From the sequence record PX907401.1: a stretch of DNA of 44,007 bases; one strand, given 5' to 3'. The translations under genes and the position numbers were made by a program. Every line of letters starts with the position of its first letter. Position 1 is the first letter of the stretch. The notes beneath the pieces were generated by a model, which worked only from the letters and a program-made list of their open reading frames with translations, was not told the origin of the DNA and made no database searches. Of the stretch, positions 34,519 to 42,961 are shown piece by piece. Source of the DNA: a phage.

Positions 34519-35019
34519 TTACCCCCTGAATACGTCGAAATTGCCTGCGGCGTTGCCGCCAGAATCAACCCAGTGCCCTAACAAGCCATCCCACCACGGG
34601 AACGACACCCCGCTACCAATCGACGCCGGGTCATATTCCATCGTGATCGGGCCGACCGTTTCGCGAATAGTCTCTTTACCATCGCCGACAGGAGAAATAT
34701 CGATCTCGTCGGCCACTAACAACGCCAGCCGGTAAACAGCTTGCTCAACGGCAACGGGGATTGATGCAAAGTCTACGATTTGCCCGACAGGCACTACCGC
34801 CACGACTTCAGTGAGCGTGTCCCGCACCGGCTTACCGTCTGACGGGTAATTAATGCGGGGCCATGCGTCGATTCCGGTCTGGTCTGCTTGTTCGCCGATC
34901 CAGTTGATGCCGTTAAGGAAGTCGTTAACGATGGTAAGGTGTCGCGTTGCATCGCCTGGCGTAATTTCAACGCCTCGCGCAGCGGCATAATCGACAAATG
35001 TTTGCGGGTCGCCATACAT
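34519..35019 (-). CDS. Head-tail connector / head completion protein
   Basis: 166 aa from the ATG at 35019 (GGAG 8 nt upstream); the track ORF extends to 35049 through the upstream terminator hairpin. Confidence 0.5.
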   Translation of the reverse strand: MYGDPQTFVDYAAARGVEITPGDATRHLTIVNDFLNGINWIGEQADQTGIDAWPRINYPSDGKPVRDTLTEVVAVVPVGQIVDFASIPVAVEQAVYRLALLVADEIDISPVGDGKETIRETVGPITMEYDPASIGSGVSFPWWDGLLGHWVDSGGNAAGNFDVFRG

Positions 35020-35032
35020 TGTATTCACTCCT

Positions 35033-35058
35033 ATAAAAAAGGCGGGCATAAGCCCGCC
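35033..35058 (-). terminator. Rho-independent terminator after the major capsid gene
   Basis: Minus-strand hairpin GGCGGGC-TTAT-GCCCGCC followed by TTTTTT. Confidence 0.65.
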
Positions 35059-35077
35059 CCTTTGGGATGTGCGCCCG

Positions 35078-36178
35078 TTAAGACGCGGTAGTCGCAGTCA
35101 GCGTAACCAGTACGCCAGCGGTTTCCTTGATGTGACGGGTAGGCACTGCCTGTGCGGCCTGGGTCTTACGACGGCCTTTAGTATCGCCATCACCCACATC
35201 GCCAACGTCCTGCACGGTTGCCGGTGCGTTGTCTACCTGGCCCTGGTCCAGTTCCCAGTTATCGGAAGTGGTGATATCCGACAGCTTGAACGAGCGGACG
35301 CCTTCGATCTGTGTACGAGCGGACGCCTTCAGACGGTAGCCTTTAACAGCCACGTTGAAGTCGAACTCGCCCTGCCACCAGCGTTCGATGTTCTCGTTAC
35401 CGCCTTTCTCCTGCGCCAGCATATCGAGGCCGTTGGTGGTAACGGCAACCGCGCCAGGGACCAGACCCAGCATGTTACCCGTGCCCATAGCATCGGCAGC
35501 GGCATCGGAGATAATGAAACGACGGCCCAGGCCATCACCCATTACCTGAAGATCGCCAATTGCGAATACCTGTTCAGCGGAAGGGAGCGCCTGGTATGCG
35601 ATGAAGTTTGCCCAGGTAACACCGTCCATAAACCAGGACTTAATCAAAGACGCCTGATCGCCGAACTTAGACGCAGCCAGCGGGAAGTCTGCCAGGGTCG
35701 GGAAGGTACGACCACCAACGCCATCAACGCGCGCAGGTTGGATGTATTTTGCCGCTGCGTTGCTTTCGATCGCCGCTTTACTTGCGCCGATACCCGCTTT
35801 CAGGTAATGCAGCATAATCGCTTGAGTGGCCTGCGCCGCAATCTCAGCCGCAACGCTGTTAACGTTGGTTTCGATCTTAGCCATCATAGCCTTCGTGATT
35901 GCTACCGGGCCCACTTTCGCGGATAGGTTAACGGAGTTGGTCAGCATACGCGCCAGCACTTTAGCGGTTGCCGGAGTGCCGACAGGGGCGTAGGCGTTAC
36001 GGTCGGTAACAAGGTTGGCGATCAAGCCTACGGACATTTTTTCTACAACATCCTTCAGCACTTCACCAGTACCGAGAACAACAGCGCCATTGGCGGCAGC
36101 GTTGAATACGTTCAGGTTGTCGGGGATCATTTGCGTAACCGCGGTAACGAGTTTACGCTGGAACACTGTTAAAGACAT
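35078..36178 (-). CDS. Major capsid protein
   Basis: 366 aa; position after scaffold and before the terminator; AAGGA RBS. Confidence 0.8.
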   Translation of the reverse strand: MSLTVFQRKLVTAVTQMIPDNLNVFNAAANGAVVLGTGEVLKDVVEKMSVGLIANLVTDRNAYAPVGTPATAKVLARMLTNSVNLSAKVGPVAITKAMMAKIETNVNSVAAEIAAQATQAIMLHYLKAGIGASKAAIESNAAAKYIQPARVDGVGGRTFPTLADFPLAASKFGDQASLIKSWFMDGVTWANFIAYQALPSAEQVFAIGDLQVMGDGLGRRFIISDAAADAMGTGNMLGLVPGAVAVTTNGLDMLAQEKGGNENIERWWQGEFDFNVAVKGYRLKASARTQIEGVRSFKLSDITTSDNWELDQGQVDNAPATVQDVGDVGDGDTKGRRKTQAAQAVPTRHIKETAGVLVTLTATTAS

Positions 36179-36275
36179 ATCGAAATCCTTTGAGTTGTGA
36201 GCATTCGCCCAGTGGCATTAATGTTACCTTAGTTTTACGCGCTCGCAAAATTGCTCGCTTTCGCGGGCAATCTGC

Positions 36276-36977
36276 TTACTCGTCACCCATTTTAGCGATG
36301 ATTTCACCGGCCTGTTTGGTGAGATCGGTGATACCGAAGCTATGGCCCATCGTAATTTTAGACTTCACATCTTCGACAACCTGCGTCGGTTTGCTAGGCG
36401 CGCCACCGGCTGGCGTGCCAGCCAGGACTGATGCAAAATCGGCGTTATTACGGAACTCTTTTTCAAGCTCTTCCATAGTCAGCGCGGACGGTTTGCCATC
36501 CTGCAAGACACGCACTTTCAAGCTGCCGTCTTCGCCGTCTTCCAGCGTCAGGCGGTCCATTACGTGGCGTTGCATGATGCCCGCATTCTTACCGAATAGC
36601 TTCGATGCCAGGTCTTTGGCAGCGCTGCCGATGGTTAGATCGTGGATCTGCTTGCGGTAGGCTTCGATTTTTCCCGCTGTGTCTGCTTCGTGTTTCGCAA
36701 ACTTATCTTTCCAGGACTTGTCGATCGCTTCGAGGTCGCCATTTTTGCGCGCTGCGGCTTCCTCTTTCTCTTTCGCAAGGCGCTCGGCTTCGGCGCGACG
36801 TTCAGCTTCTGCTTTCTTCTCGCTCACCAGCTTCGCGTTGTTGTCTTTCAGACCCTTGATCTCCGCCTGTACTTCTTCTGCGGTCATGAACGTTGATTTA
36901 TACCCGTCGCCATCGGCAACAAAAAGCGCCTTCATGCCTTCCGGCAACGCGTCATATTCTGCTTTAGTAAGTTTCAT
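36276..36977 (-). CDS. Scaffolding protein
   Basis: 233 aa from the ATG at 36977 (GGGGGA RBS); charged coiled-coil stretch with repeated AEAERRAEAERLAKEKEEAAARK; immediately upstream of the capsid gene. Confidence 0.65.
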   Translation of the reverse strand: MKLTKAEYDALPEGMKALFVADGDGYKSTFMTAEEVQAEIKGLKDNNAKLVSEKKAEAERRAEAERLAKEKEEAAARKNGDLEAIDKSWKDKFAKHEADTAGKIEAYRKQIHDLTIGSAAKDLASKLFGKNAGIMQRHVMDRLTLEDGEDGSLKVRVLQDGKPSALTMEELEKEFRNNADFASVLAGTPAGGAPSKPTQVVEDVKSKITMGHSFGITDLTKQAGEIIAKMGDE

Positions 36978-37066
36978 GCTATCCCCCTGGGATTGTGGCA
37001 AAGCGGGCCACCCGCTTGACTTCACGCCTTAATATTATCAGCGATAAAAATAATCGCAAAATTCGC

Positions 37067-37096
37067 TTGCAATCCGCGTATTGGTTGCACTATATT
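37067..37096 (+). promoter_or_regulatory. Promoter for the clamp-like gene (-35 TTGCAA, 18-bp spacer, -10 TATATT) with tandem ATTGGTTGCAC motifs
   Basis: TTGCAAtccgcgtATTGGTTGCACTATATTGGTTGCAC read directly. Confidence 0.5.
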
Positions 37097-37125
37097 GGTT
37101 GCACACCAACAACGAGGATATGACA

Positions 37126-37638
37126 ATGATTAAAGTTAACTATGCCGATCTTAAAGCCGCTATGATGTGCGCCGCAACTAATGACGTGCGATACTATCTG
37201 AACGGTGTATTTTTCGACGAGAAAGGATTCATCGTAGCCACCGACGGTCATCGCTTGTTCTGCGGGTCCGCGGTTGTTCCCGAAGGTGAAAGTAAAATAG
37301 TAGCAATTAAAGGCCGCTTACCTACTAAATTCGAATACTGCAACATAGACGGCACCTCCGCTGCGTTCTTTGATAGTAAAGACGTATTAATCGGTACCAT
37401 ACCCGTAGAGATCGTAGACGGCCGATTCCCAGACTGGCGTAGAGTTACGTCTTTCGATAGCGCTAAGGTGGAAGCTATAGGGTTTGCCGGGGGCTACCTG
37501 TCCGACGCCTGCAAAATTGCTAAATTGTTCGACCGTAAGTTTGATAGCTTAAAACTGGAATTTCAGGGAGTAGACAAGGCGACACGTGTGCTTTTCAAAG
37601 GTGGTGCATTCCTTGTTATCATGCCGATGCGTTTGTAG
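37126..37638 (+). CDS. Truncated beta sliding-clamp (DnaN) homolog: domain II plus the C-terminal end of domain III only
   Basis: 170 aa from the ATG at 37126 (GAGGA 7 nt upstream); NDVRYYLNG, VATDGHRL, VDGRFPDWRRV and C-terminal VIMPMRL match E. coli DnaN QDVRYYLNG, VATDGHRLA, VDGRFPDYRRV, VVMPMRL (from memory). Confidence 0.7.
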   Translation: MIKVNYADLKAAMMCAATNDVRYYLNGVFFDEKGFIVATDGHRLFCGSAVVPEGESKIVAIKGRLPTKFEYCNIDGTSAAFFDSKDVLIGTIPVEIVDGRFPDWRRVTSFDSAKVEAIGFAGGYLSDACKIAKLFDRKFDSLKLEFQGVDKATRVLFKGGAFLVIMPMRL

Positions 37639-37641
37639 CTA

Positions 37642-37672
37642 ACAAAAAAGGGGGGCCATCACGGCCCTCGAA
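37642..37672. terminator. Bidirectional terminator between the clamp-like gene and the spanin genes
   Basis: Hairpin GGGCC-ATCAC-GGCCC; minus strand followed by CCCTTTTTTGTT. Confidence 0.5.
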
Positions 37673-37889
37673 TTATTTTCTGCAACTCCAGCACTTGCGC
37701 CCTTAGCTTAGCCCCGCATTCCATATTTTTAACATCAACCAGCAAGTCTTCGTCTGGATCTGCCGAGGCATTCTCAAAGGTGCAAGGAGGTCTATAGACC
37801 GACTCGGTTAGCGGCATCAATGGCGCTTTGCTTGATCCGCACGCGCTCAGCATCAAAACTGCAATCAGGACGGTTAGGACGCGTAACAT
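37659..37889 (-). CDS. Outer-membrane spanin (Rz1-like lipoprotein)
   Basis: 76 aa; lipobox MLRVLTVLIAVLMLSAC; Pro-rich mature part with Cys residues; GAGG RBS; overlaps the 3' end of the Rz-like gene in another frame. Confidence 0.6.
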   Translation of the reverse strand: MLRVLTVLIAVLMLSACGSSKAPLMPLTESVYRPPCTFENASADPDEDLLVDVKNMECGAKLRAQVLELQKIIRGP

Positions 37890-38100
37890 ATTTTACAACC
37901 TCTTTCGTGATGGTCCTGTATTCCACATCGCGGGCCTGTTCTGCCTGCACGGCCCCCTCGACAACCTTAGTTTGCTGCCGTTGGGCTTTCGCTTGCGCTT
38001 CTTGCGCCGCTCTCGTCTCAACGCCAGTGCGGTAGGAATCACCCTGCCAGAATCCAACCGCCAGGCCAATTACCAGCCCAATCGCTGCATACTTAATCAC
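37792..38100 (-). CDS. Inner-membrane spanin (Rz-like)
   Basis: No ATG; likely GTG start at 38100 (track ORF begins TTG 38130); N-terminal TM AAIGLVIGLAVGFW then coiled-coil RAAQEAQAKAQRQQ. Confidence 0.55.
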   Translation of the reverse strand: MIKYAAIGLVIGLAVGFWQGDSYRTGVETRAAQEAQAKAQRQQTKVVEGAVQAEQARDVEYRTITKEVVKYVTRPNRPDCSFDAERVRIKQSAIDAANRVGL

Positions 38101-39196
38101 GCCATAACCCCCGGTTTTTAAGCTGCGCAATAGTCATTAGTTCGCCCGTATCGGTGAACATCTTCGGCACTTTCACGCCTCGCATAATCTGGTCGGCGCG
38201 CTGCACTCCATATAATTCCTCCAGAATATGGCGCGGCTGGCGCTGCACCCATGAGAAGAAATCAGTCTGCGCGTCGACCTGCTCACTCAGCAATCTGCCC
38301 GCTTCAGCCTTCAGTGCCGGACGCTTACCACTGGGCCAATCTTCCATGCCCTTAACTTTCCACGTCTCCGTCGAACGGCAGCAATAATGCAGCTTGCCCG
38401 GACCAGCGCCATATTGTGATCCCGCCACCACTTTCCCGCCGCGTTTTCCTTTGGTGTCGGGAGTGACGTCAACAGGATAAAACAGGCGATCGCGTAGCTG
38501 GCACATAGGGGAAGTATGCGTGTCCAATGTAGCCAACCATTGGCGACCTTCGAGAATATCGTCATTAGCTTTTACCATTAATTCGCGGGCGGTTGCCGCA
38601 TAGTGGTTGACCGCGGACTTAACAACGCTTGAGATTGCTTGCGCACTACGACCGCCTAGCGCGCGCCTCACGTCCGCAATAATTTCCATAGTCGGCTTGC
38701 CCTGAATGAATCCAGCGCGCACCTGATTCCCGATCTGCGTCCGGGTCCACTCCGAAAGTGAATCGGGCCACTGTATCATGGTGTTACCCTGGAACGGGTT
38801 TTTCATTGCAGTCGCTGCAATCTGCGCGCCGGTAACAACGCCAACTACTTCAACAGCGGGTACGGCGACAGCGGGCTGGATCGCTGCCGTTAATGTGTCG
38901 GCGAGATAATCAGCCTCGGTGTCGGCGAACTCCTGAAGGCTTTCAGCCAGCGCCTTAAACTCGGCGCGCAGTTCCGTTTTGACGGTCTTGTCTAGTTGCG
39001 TTAATAGAGTGGTAAGTGCCTTGTTGTTCATGGACTTTTTGCCATCAAGTAACTCGGTCAGCTTACCAAGTAAAGTGGGCCGGAACTTCTCCCACATAGC
39101 CAGCACCCTCCGCGCCTGATCATTGCTCAGGCGCTGGGTGAAGATGTGACGGCGAATCATTCGATCCGCCAAATGTTGATTAATTGTCTTCGCCAT
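38093..39196 (-). CDS. Head morphogenesis protein (Mu F-like minor capsid protein)
   Basis: 367 aa; LATLDTHTSPMCQLRDRLFY motif typical of Mu-F/SPP1 gp7-like proteins; directly downstream of the portal gene. Confidence 0.75.
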   Translation of the reverse strand: MAKTINQHLADRMIRRHIFTQRLSNDQARRVLAMWEKFRPTLLGKLTELLDGKKSMNNKALTTLLTQLDKTVKTELRAEFKALAESLQEFADTEADYLADTLTAAIQPAVAVPAVEVVGVVTGAQIAATAMKNPFQGNTMIQWPDSLSEWTRTQIGNQVRAGFIQGKPTMEIIADVRRALGGRSAQAISSVVKSAVNHYAATARELMVKANDDILEGRQWLATLDTHTSPMCQLRDRLFYPVDVTPDTKGKRGGKVVAGSQYGAGPGKLHYCCRSTETWKVKGMEDWPSGKRPALKAEAGRLLSEQVDAQTDFFSWVQRQPRHILEELYGVQRADQIMRGVKVPKMFTDTGELMTIAQLKNRGLWRD

Positions 39197-40700
39197 TGTC
39201 CGCTACCTTGTCCGGGTCTTCTTCGGTAGATTCTACCGCATCAGGGGACATTTGAGGCAATGGATTCTGATTTCGCAATTCGTCTTCCACCTGCTCGACG
39301 GTTTGCGAGTCGTCGATGACGCCCTGCGCCATCATCCACTTGATGAAATCCGCTAGGCGGACCGTGCCAGTCTGCACACCCGACATCATCGCGGTCATAA
39401 GCTGCGCATCAACCGTGATTTCAGTGTAGAACTTGTTCAGCGTCACACGCTGGTCGGCGGTGTCGCCCGTGAATAGCTGGACGATTTGCAGCGCACGGTT
39501 GAAAGCCTTCTCAACGTTACCGGCAATAAGCGACAGGATACTGTTATCAGTCTGCGCATCGTAGGCCGCCTCGGTTGCCGTCTTAGGTGCGGTCCCCTTC
39601 TCGACCAGGGCCGCGCCCAGTTTAGCCATTTGCAATTCGCGTCGCTCACACAGTGCAACAGACAAGTTGCGCTCCTCGGCCTGAATCAGTTTAGCGTCCA
39701 TGTTCTGACCCAGGATGACGCCCTTAGTCGCGCCGAGAGCAATGCCGCCCTTTAGGTTTTTGTCCGCCCATGATTGCGTCAAGCCCGTCGCAACCAGGGT
39801 AGGTTGACCAACGATGTGCGCAATCTCGGCGACGTCCGCTTCGGCGTTGTAGTGCTTAATGTTGATGGATGCGATATCAGCCAGCGGGGCGGCGTCAGGC
39901 GTCGCGTTGTTATCCACCGCCCCACACCAGCAAAACGGAAGTTGAGTCAGTGCATTACCGTCGGCATCCACCAGCGGCACAAGGTCGGTGCGGGTAAATC
40001 CACGCGGCAAGTCCATTTGCACCTCGGACGTGTCGGCGTTGTAGTACCAGCGGCGGGCGTGTGCTGCACCGTTAATCATGCGAAGCTCGGTCCAGATTGT
40101 TACTTCGTGGTTTGCGAAGTCGTCCGGGTCTTCAGTGCTGATTTCGTCCGTTTCCTTCAGCACAATCAGCGTATCGACGCCGTGGGTCTGCCGCCAGTTG
40201 ATGATCTGTTCTGCCGAGTACAGGCGGATAAGCGGGCGGTGTGACGCCATCTCGGCTGCGGTCTGCGGCACTACATTACCCCGTTCATCAAAATGCGCCT
40301 GGCGGTCGTAGTCGACCATAAAGCCTGCACGGCCTGATTGCAGAACTTCAGACATAGCACCGCGCAGGAGTTGCGGAAGCGGCATTCCGCTGCCGTCTAC
40401 GTCGTCAATCAGGTCAGCCATCGCCCCGGAAAGGTCGAGACTTACCGGTTTAGCAAAGGCAACGCCTAACAGCGCGTTAAGTGTGCGGGCGGTGGCGTTC
40501 AGGAATACAGCGCGTTGCTTGTACGCCTTATACCGCGCCCGTGATTTCGGGTCCGTATTGTCGCCACTGGCGGGATGAGGCAGGTACAAGGGGCCGCACG
40601 CCTTCACGGCGCGCTCCCCTGCTACGCAATCACGGATCATTTTCCACTCTGGCGCGATGCGCGCATATAGAGGGTGCTGGTTATCAACGTTAACGGTCAT
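39180..40700 (-). CDS. Portal protein
   Basis: 506 aa; immediately downstream of terL; acidic C-terminus. Confidence 0.75.
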   Translation of the reverse strand: MTVNVDNQHPLYARIAPEWKMIRDCVAGERAVKACGPLYLPHPASGDNTDPKSRARYKAYKQRAVFLNATARTLNALLGVAFAKPVSLDLSGAMADLIDDVDGSGMPLPQLLRGAMSEVLQSGRAGFMVDYDRQAHFDERGNVVPQTAAEMASHRPLIRLYSAEQIINWRQTHGVDTLIVLKETDEISTEDPDDFANHEVTIWTELRMINGAAHARRWYYNADTSEVQMDLPRGFTRTDLVPLVDADGNALTQLPFCWCGAVDNNATPDAAPLADIASINIKHYNAEADVAEIAHIVGQPTLVATGLTQSWADKNLKGGIALGATKGVILGQNMDAKLIQAEERNLSVALCERRELQMAKLGAALVEKGTAPKTATEAAYDAQTDNSILSLIAGNVEKAFNRALQIVQLFTGDTADQRVTLNKFYTEITVDAQLMTAMMSGVQTGTVRLADFIKWMMAQGVIDDSQTVEQVEDELRNQNPLPQMSPDAVESTEEDPDKVADNGEDN

Positions 40701-40710
40701 GGTCGTTTCC

Positions 40711-42096
40711 TTAGTAGAAGTCTACAGTTGGAACAACGGCGATCGGACGAATCACTGGGAACAGGTGCGCAATTGGATAGCCCGCGGCATCGTTCATGTG
40801 GTCCACACCGGCGGTTTTATCCGGCTCGCCTTTCTTCAGGTCGTAAACCTGCTGTTCCAGACATTTCGCTAGTGTAGGGCATTTATCCAGGTTGACAAAA
40901 TACTGGCGCACGCCCTTCGAGTTGCACATCATCGTATTCATCGCGATCAATCGGTCTTTCACAGGTGGGTTAACACTGTCGTATTCTACCTCGAAGCCTG
41001 CGTCTTCCAGTTGCGCTATATCGGACGACGATGCGTTGACAGTCTTGCGAGACTTGCCGCTGCTATCCGGGTAAACGACTACCCGACCGGCAGCACAATG
41101 ATCGGGGTAGCGCTCCTCGATCGCCTCAATCATAGCCGGGGTATCAAACAGGTCTACGAATTCATCCACTGCGTGAATCTCGTCGCGGAACTCCTTGTTT
41201 TCGGTGATGCGCTGCCGTCTGACGTACACGACCGCCGCCATCTTCGTGACGTTAAAGTCCATACCGATAATCAGCGTGTCGTCCGGTTGCACTTCTTCGG
41301 TGCTGGCGTTCTCCTCGCGGTTGAACATCTTGTACACCGCGCCCGACGTAAGGTTGACAAACAAGCCGTTCAAGTACGCATCAATCAGGTTAGCCGGGTA
41401 CTGACTGCGCAGCGTGTCGATAAAGTCCGCCGGTAAATGGTGGTTGTCCGTGGTCTTCGCCCGGATCAAGCGTTTCTGGTTGTCTTTCTCCACCTCGAAA
41501 ATTTGGTACATCGCCCGGTAGCCTTCAGGCGTTGACACGATGACGAACTGGCGGACGAAGCCAGCACGCAGACGACCGAGCAATTTGTGATATGCCGCCA
41601 GCGCGACGTCTTGTTTCGTGGTGTCGAACTCGTCGGCAACAATCCACGCGGCGTTGATACCGATCAGGCGGGTATAGTTCTCCATTGACTCACAGATAAC
41701 GCGAGTCCATTTGCCTTTCACCAGCACGTTGTAAATCTTGTCCTGCTTATTGAACTTCCACCGGAAGCCAGCCTCGTCGAATGCCTTCTCCAGTTCCGGA
41801 TACATGATTTTAACCAGGAGTGGAATAGTCGGTTCGGTCACGATGCCGTCATAACCAGGGTTAAGTGTCAGAAGCTGGATGACCTTACGTGCGGCAACCC
41901 ATGACTTGCCACCGCCGAAGCCGGAACACAGGCCGAGGATTTTAGTCTTCGTGTCGCGCAGTAGTTCAACCTGGTGCGGCAAGCAATCTGGCTGGTAAAG
42001 ACGCACAGCCTGCGCAACGCGGGTCGGGCGTGGCGGTCGGTTACGCTTTGCGATCGCTCGTTCAAGGGCGCGGTGTTCTGCCGCATAGTTACGCAT
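40711..42096 (-). CDS. terL: Terminase large subunit
   Basis: 461 aa; Walker A GLCSGFGGGKS, Walker B WIVADEFD, C-terminal nuclease-like acidic motifs. Confidence 0.85.
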   Translation of the reverse strand: MRNYAAEHRALERAIAKRNRPPRPTRVAQAVRLYQPDCLPHQVELLRDTKTKILGLCSGFGGGKSWVAARKVIQLLTLNPGYDGIVTEPTIPLLVKIMYPELEKAFDEAGFRWKFNKQDKIYNVLVKGKWTRVICESMENYTRLIGINAAWIVADEFDTTKQDVALAAYHKLLGRLRAGFVRQFVIVSTPEGYRAMYQIFEVEKDNQKRLIRAKTTDNHHLPADFIDTLRSQYPANLIDAYLNGLFVNLTSGAVYKMFNREENASTEEVQPDDTLIIGMDFNVTKMAAVVYVRRQRITENKEFRDEIHAVDEFVDLFDTPAMIEAIEERYPDHCAAGRVVVYPDSSGKSRKTVNASSSDIAQLEDAGFEVEYDSVNPPVKDRLIAMNTMMCNSKGVRQYFVNLDKCPTLAKCLEQQVYDLKKGEPDKTAGVDHMNDAAGYPIAHLFPVIRPIAVVPTVDFY

Positions 42097-42668
42097 TATT
42101 CACCCTGGCCTTTGCCGGTAGGCTCCACAACGACGTCGCCGTTATCATCTTCGTCGTCATCCAGCGGCACATCGTCGCGGACGCCGTGGTTTGCTTTAAG
42201 CAGGAATGTAGCGAAGCCCGCAGCGATGGTTACGCCGCCAGCTTCCATCAGGAATGTTTTCTGTAGCTCCATAGCGTCAGCCATAGCCTCGGCGAACTCC
42301 TCATGTGCGCGCGCCCAGCGATACAGGCAAGCTACGCCCACGCCGATTTCCGCGGCAAATCGACCGAAGGTTGGCATTTTGTTGCGGGGGATTACTTGCG
42401 CAGCGCCTTTATCGGAGTAGTTTACCTGCCAGGCGTCGGCGTCGGCAAAATAGCGGCGAAGCTGGTCGCAGTAAACGGATCGGTAGTCAGTAGGTCGTCC
42501 ACATTTGCCGCCTTTACGGCGCTTTCCGTACTTGATTTCAGGTCCGAGATTGGTATGCTCGGTTTGCTCGCCTGGTTTACGGCGCGGGGTTACCGCTACT
42601 CGTCCGTCCAGTTTGGCGCGTCGGCCCTTAACTTTGATTTCTGCCATGATATAAGCCCTTTTGTGCAT
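42096..42668 (-). CDS. terS: Terminase small subunit
   Basis: 190 aa; HTH-like FGRFAAEIGVGVACLYRWA; acidic C-terminus; stop overlaps the terL start. Confidence 0.65.
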   Translation of the reverse strand: MHKRAYIMAEIKVKGRRAKLDGRVAVTPRRKPGEQTEHTNLGPEIKYGKRRKGGKCGRPTDYRSVYCDQLRRYFADADAWQVNYSDKGAAQVIPRNKMPTFGRFAAEIGVGVACLYRWARAHEEFAEAMADAMELQKTFLMEAGGVTIAAGFATFLLKANHGVRDDVPLDDDEDDNGDVVVEPTGKGQGE

Positions 42669-42716
42669 ATGCGCCGACCATCGGCAACATAAGAGACGGC
42701 CCAGCCATCTAAGGGG

Positions 42717-42725
42717 ATTATAACA
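42717..42725 (-). promoter_or_regulatory. Candidate extended -10 element (TGTTATAAT) upstream of terS
   Basis: Minus strand reads tgcctGTTATAATcccc about 45 nt upstream of the terS ATG; no good -35. Confidence 0.3.
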
Positions 42726-42730
42726 GGCAC

Positions 42731-42756
42731 AAAAAAGCCCACCAAATCGGCGGGCT
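42731..42756 (-). terminator. Rho-independent terminator between the phosphoesterase operon and terS
   Basis: Minus-strand hairpin AGCCCGCC-GATTT-GGTGGGCT (one G-U pair) followed by TTTTTT. Confidence 0.55.
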
Positions 42757-42763
42757 GTGCGGT

Positions 42764-42871
42764 TTAAACGGCGCGCCCGTAGTATCGGGTTAACATGCTT
42801 TCTACTTCGCTTATTGCGCCTTCTGTGTAGCGTATTTGCGACAGTATCTCGATCCGCTCACTAATAGACAT
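42764..42871 (-). CDS. Possible small ORF (35 aa from ATG; frame open for 60 codons)
   Basis: MSISERIEILSQIRYTEGAISEVESMLTRYYGRAV; no clear RBS. Confidence 0.25.
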   Translation of the reverse strand: MSISERIEILSQIRYTEGAISEVESMLTRYYGRAV

Positions 42872-42961
42872 GCCGATTGCCGCTGCCGTTCGTTCGAATC
42901 GGCGCAATCCTTCCAGTTGTTTGCGTAGTTCTTTCAGGCGTGCTCATGAATACTTGTCTGA

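Noticed and set aside
36276-37025. Track ORF starts for several genes (e.g. 36276-37025, 34519-35049, 16774-17409, 37081-37638, 19938-21086, 9480)
   Set aside because: These begin at GTG/TTG or lack an RBS; internal ATGs with a Shine-Dalgarno sequence were preferred.
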